Source: Cirrosporium novae-zelandiae
Taxonomy: Eukaryota
DNA length: 64,000 bases
Direction: 5' to 3'
NCBI GenBank assembly: GCA_026023565.1
Contig: JAPETS010000031.1
Coordinates: forward strand, 248,001-312,000
The position numbers and the translations under genes are program-made. The notes under the pieces were generated by a model that searched no databases, was not told the origin of the DNA, and was given only the letters and a program-made list of their open reading frames with translations. How positions within the stretch are numbered: position 1 is the first letter of the stretch; each line of letters starts with the position of its first letter. Below, piece after piece: positions 60,997 to 64,000 of this stretch.

Positions 60997-63582
60997 TTAA
61001 ACCGTTAGAGTGGTTGTCGCCTTGAGATCTCTACTGCTGGAACCAACAGAGAGTTCATAGGTTCCCGTGACAATGGCCCAGTTCTGAGCTGCCACATCCC
61101 ATATACTAAGATCGCGACGTCGCAGTTCGAAAGTCGCAGTTCCCGTCGACCCAGCAGCAATCTGGACCTTGGCAAATCCTCGAAGCTGTCTTACGGGCTC
61201 GTCTGCCGAAGCGGGGTACTGGATGTATAGTTGAGCTACCTCGGCGCCGTCTAGGCTACCTGTATTCGAGATGGTGGTAGAGACCGTAGCAATTGTATCC
61301 CAGAGATCTTCTCTGCCGCCGACACCAACGGCTCCAGTCGCATAAGTGGAGCTGAAGGCGGTGGTGTTGGTTTTGGTGACGGTGACATTGCTGGCATATT
61401 CAAATGTCGTGTAGGACAATCCAAAGCCAAATTCATAACTACATCTCAAGTTAGTAAAGCAACATAAAGGTCATTGATGGTAAACATACCGAGGAGTAAC
61501 ATTGTACTTGTCAAAGTACTTGTAATCAATATAATTTCCTTCGGTGAAATTAACGGTGAGAGAGTCGGTAGACTTCACATTGTAATCACTTTCGTTCTTT
61601 GCAATGGTGTAAATGAGTTTCCCAGATGGATTCACATCACCATACAAGACATCAACGATGGCGTTACCAGACTCTTGTCCTAGCATGCTGCCGTAGACAA
61701 GAGCAGTGACATTTTCATGTTCAATCCATTGATCCACAAGTCTTGGTCCGGTGGTATTGATCACAACGATTGTATTATTGCAGTTGGACGCTACCGTGTT
61801 CACCATACTATTTCAAATGTCAACAATAGCAACAATATCTGTCGGGGGAATTGACTCACGCGTCTTGATCAGCGTCATAAAGTTGAGTTCGGTCTTTACC
61901 TTCTCCTGAAAAAGCATTCAAGAAAGCGATACACACTTCGACATTTGTAGCATAGCCATCGAATGATATCAAGGCTCCGGTTCCTGACGCAAAGGACGCT
62001 TTAGCATAGGAGGTGCTGCCGCTTGAATAAGTGTCATTCAAGAGCCAACGAAGTTGGGTACCATCCTCGTGGGCTCTGTTCGAAAGAGCACTCTGAGGGG
62101 TTGCCAAATACCAAAAAGAACCTTGCCCACTGCCACCTACTTCGGCGCAATGACCCTGGTATACGTCATCAGAACCTTCGACATTCATGACAGTATTGGG
62201 GCCACCCATAGCAGGTCCGGCATGAGCGCCAAATATGGCCATGGATTTCGGGCTGCTCAGAGGAAGTGCGTTGTTCTTATTTTTTAGCACTGCGAGGGAA
62301 GCTGCTGCATGTTGACGGGCTAGCTTTGTGTGGTTCTTACGTGGATCAACATAATCAGTTGTTCCCGCGAGAGATGCAAAGCTGCCGTCCAGTTGGTTCA
62401 GCTTGTAAGCTGAAATAACATTACGAATCACCATGTCATTCAGTCGAGCTGTTGTTAGGGATCCGTTGCTCAATGCTGTCGTCATTGTCTCCGTGCTCCA
62501 GTACGAGGAAGAACCATAGTCAAGACCAGCATTGGCAGAGTTCAAAGCAGTTTTCTGGCCTCCAACATCGGAGTCAACATAGCCTGGAAAGCCTAGTTCT
62601 GTTTTCAGAAGGCCAGCCAGCAGGGCTTGGTTTTCGCAGGACTGTTGTAGAATTAGCATGAAATCATTATATCTTGGTAGAAGCTTCATACAAATGTCTA
62701 GTAAAAGGTTAGCAGTTTGCTTTTTGGTTGAATGATAAGGATTTCTTACCTCGTTAACTTTATTCATAGCGCACATGACAGCTCCCATGCCATTCTTGAC
62801 AGCATCATAAAATGGCCACAAATAGGTCTCATGTATCGTCTTGTCATCTGCACTGCTGTCGACCGTTGTACGATCATTTTCTTGCTCATTCAATAGAAAA
62901 TGCTATTGTCATGAATTAGGTCAAACCCCAAGAAGCTAGGAAGGTAACTTTACCTTTCCGTTGGGAGTGACACCAGCACTGCTTATCCCCTTGATAGCTA
63001 ATCCAAACGAAATACCCTGGTTATGTGGTCAGTGCTTTGTCTAGAAATAGAAGTATGTGCCTAATGACCTACATTTAGATATGCATCCGGTCCATAACCC
63101 TCGGCAGCACGCCCTCCCCATGGATTTCTCCCCATTGGTTCACCCATGGGCGAATTGCCAACCTGGTAGCCTTTTGCGGCCAGCTCAGACCCTAAGGCAT
63201 TGTACTGTGCAAGTATCATGTCCCGATCCCAGGTCATTGCCATAGCATGACCCACTGGCCATGTTGTGGCATAGTAGTAATCCAGGATGGCATTACCCGA
63301 ATCCCTTGCGTTGAGGGCAGTCCAGTTGACGCGAGCCACATCGGATTGAGTGATAATGGCAAGTTTCTCGGTAGTGTTGAGGCTATCCACCAAGGTCTTT
63401 GCCTTGTTATATGCTGCCTGCCATTCACCCAACTCGACTATTGCTTCATTAGCGATGCTTTCATTTGGGGGAACAGTTTATGTACTTGTGCCGGACGAGA
63501 GAAGTTGGCTGGTATAATTCGAAATGGCAGTCGCTGAAGTCCCGCTTAGCAAAGCGAGACAGAGAACAAGCGGTGATAACAT
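60997..63582 (-). CDS. Secreted GH3 beta-glucosidase (BglD/G-like) with C-terminal FnIII domain, multi-exon including a 6-nt microexon
   Basis: Signal peptide MLSPLVLCLALLSGTSATA. Motifs PMGRNPWGGRAAEGYGPDAYL, HFLLNEQE, HETYLWPFYDAVK, LKTELGFPGYVDSD (nucleophile Asp), GQESGNAIVDVLYGDVNPSGKL, YEFGFGLSYTTF and QLRGF. Confidence 0.93.
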
Positions 63583-64000
63583 CTTCAAATGCTATCTTGA
63601 TGGCAATGTACAGAATGAGTCAATGAACGACGAATGTGATATGGAAAAGAGTTCCCTCATCGTTTTCTACCTCATTTTATATATTCCTCAACATCTCAGT
63701 GATTACGCGTCAAATGGTTGACCGTCCATCGCACAACGAGGTCGTCTCCGACCCGTACCTAGATTTTTGGTGGGTCCGAGGCATTGAGGCTCAAGAAACA
63801 TGAAGAAAAACGATGAGCAGGGAAGACAGATGAAGCAATAAGGTACTAGCGTTGATGGGCTATGTGAAACGAAACAAGCAATGATTGCCAACGAGTAGTT
63901 AGTTTGATAGCTTGATGTTAAATGGGATGAAGAATTGCGACGACTTCAATCTTATCCAAGCAAACCCTGTAACGATGAACAGTTTCAATTTCTACTTTTA

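Noticed and set aside
61856..62893. The 345-aa track ORF as a single continuous exon
   Set aside because: The VRNPYH...LILQQ segment is two introns plus a microexon that happen to be stop-free and a multiple of three in total.
1..64000. CRISPR arrays, tRNA/rRNA genes, intact transposase or retroelement ORFs
   Set aside because: None recognised. The repeats are short tandem microsatellites without spacers, and no RT, integrase or DDE motifs were seen.

Overview
Eukaryotic, filamentous-ascomycete genomic DNA. The short GT..AG introns with CTRAC branch points and the gene repertoire suggest a Leotiomycete/Helotiales-type fungus (inference). I reconstructed 18 spliced or intronless genes by hand: RCH1-like bile-acid-symporter-fold protein, GST, DJ-1/PfpI protein, PRM10-like ThrE protein, GH92, GH76, a stand-alone RFC1-type BRCT protein, PTH11-like membrane protein, TRI12-like MFS, SDR, a COG2509-like flavoprotein, DHA1 MFS, MARVEL protein, Mx-like dynamin, G1 glutamic peptidase, AA14 LPMO, class II aldolase/adducin protein and OPT transporter, plus a GH3 beta-glucosidase at the right end (19 in all). 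Two pseudogenes are not represented as coherent ORFs in the track: a NUDT15-like Nudix hydrolase and a LaeA/TdiE-like methyltransferase. The best candidate for an undescribed system is the 29.1-33.8 kb module: a prokaryote-style COG2509-like FAD oxidoreductase with a spliceosomal intron, a decayed Nudix gene, and a divergent MFS pump with a repeated ATCCGGATA motif in the shared promoter. It lies inside a backbone-less, cluster-like block (21.7-36.1 kb). Other notable items are a hidden 6-nt microexon in the GH3 gene, a GC-AG intron, a GH92+GH76 pair, a 22-bp perfect palindrome, and blocks rich in microsatellites with switching strand skew. No tRNA, rRNA, CRISPR or intact transposon was recognised. 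All family assignments come from motif recognition by eye, not from database searches.
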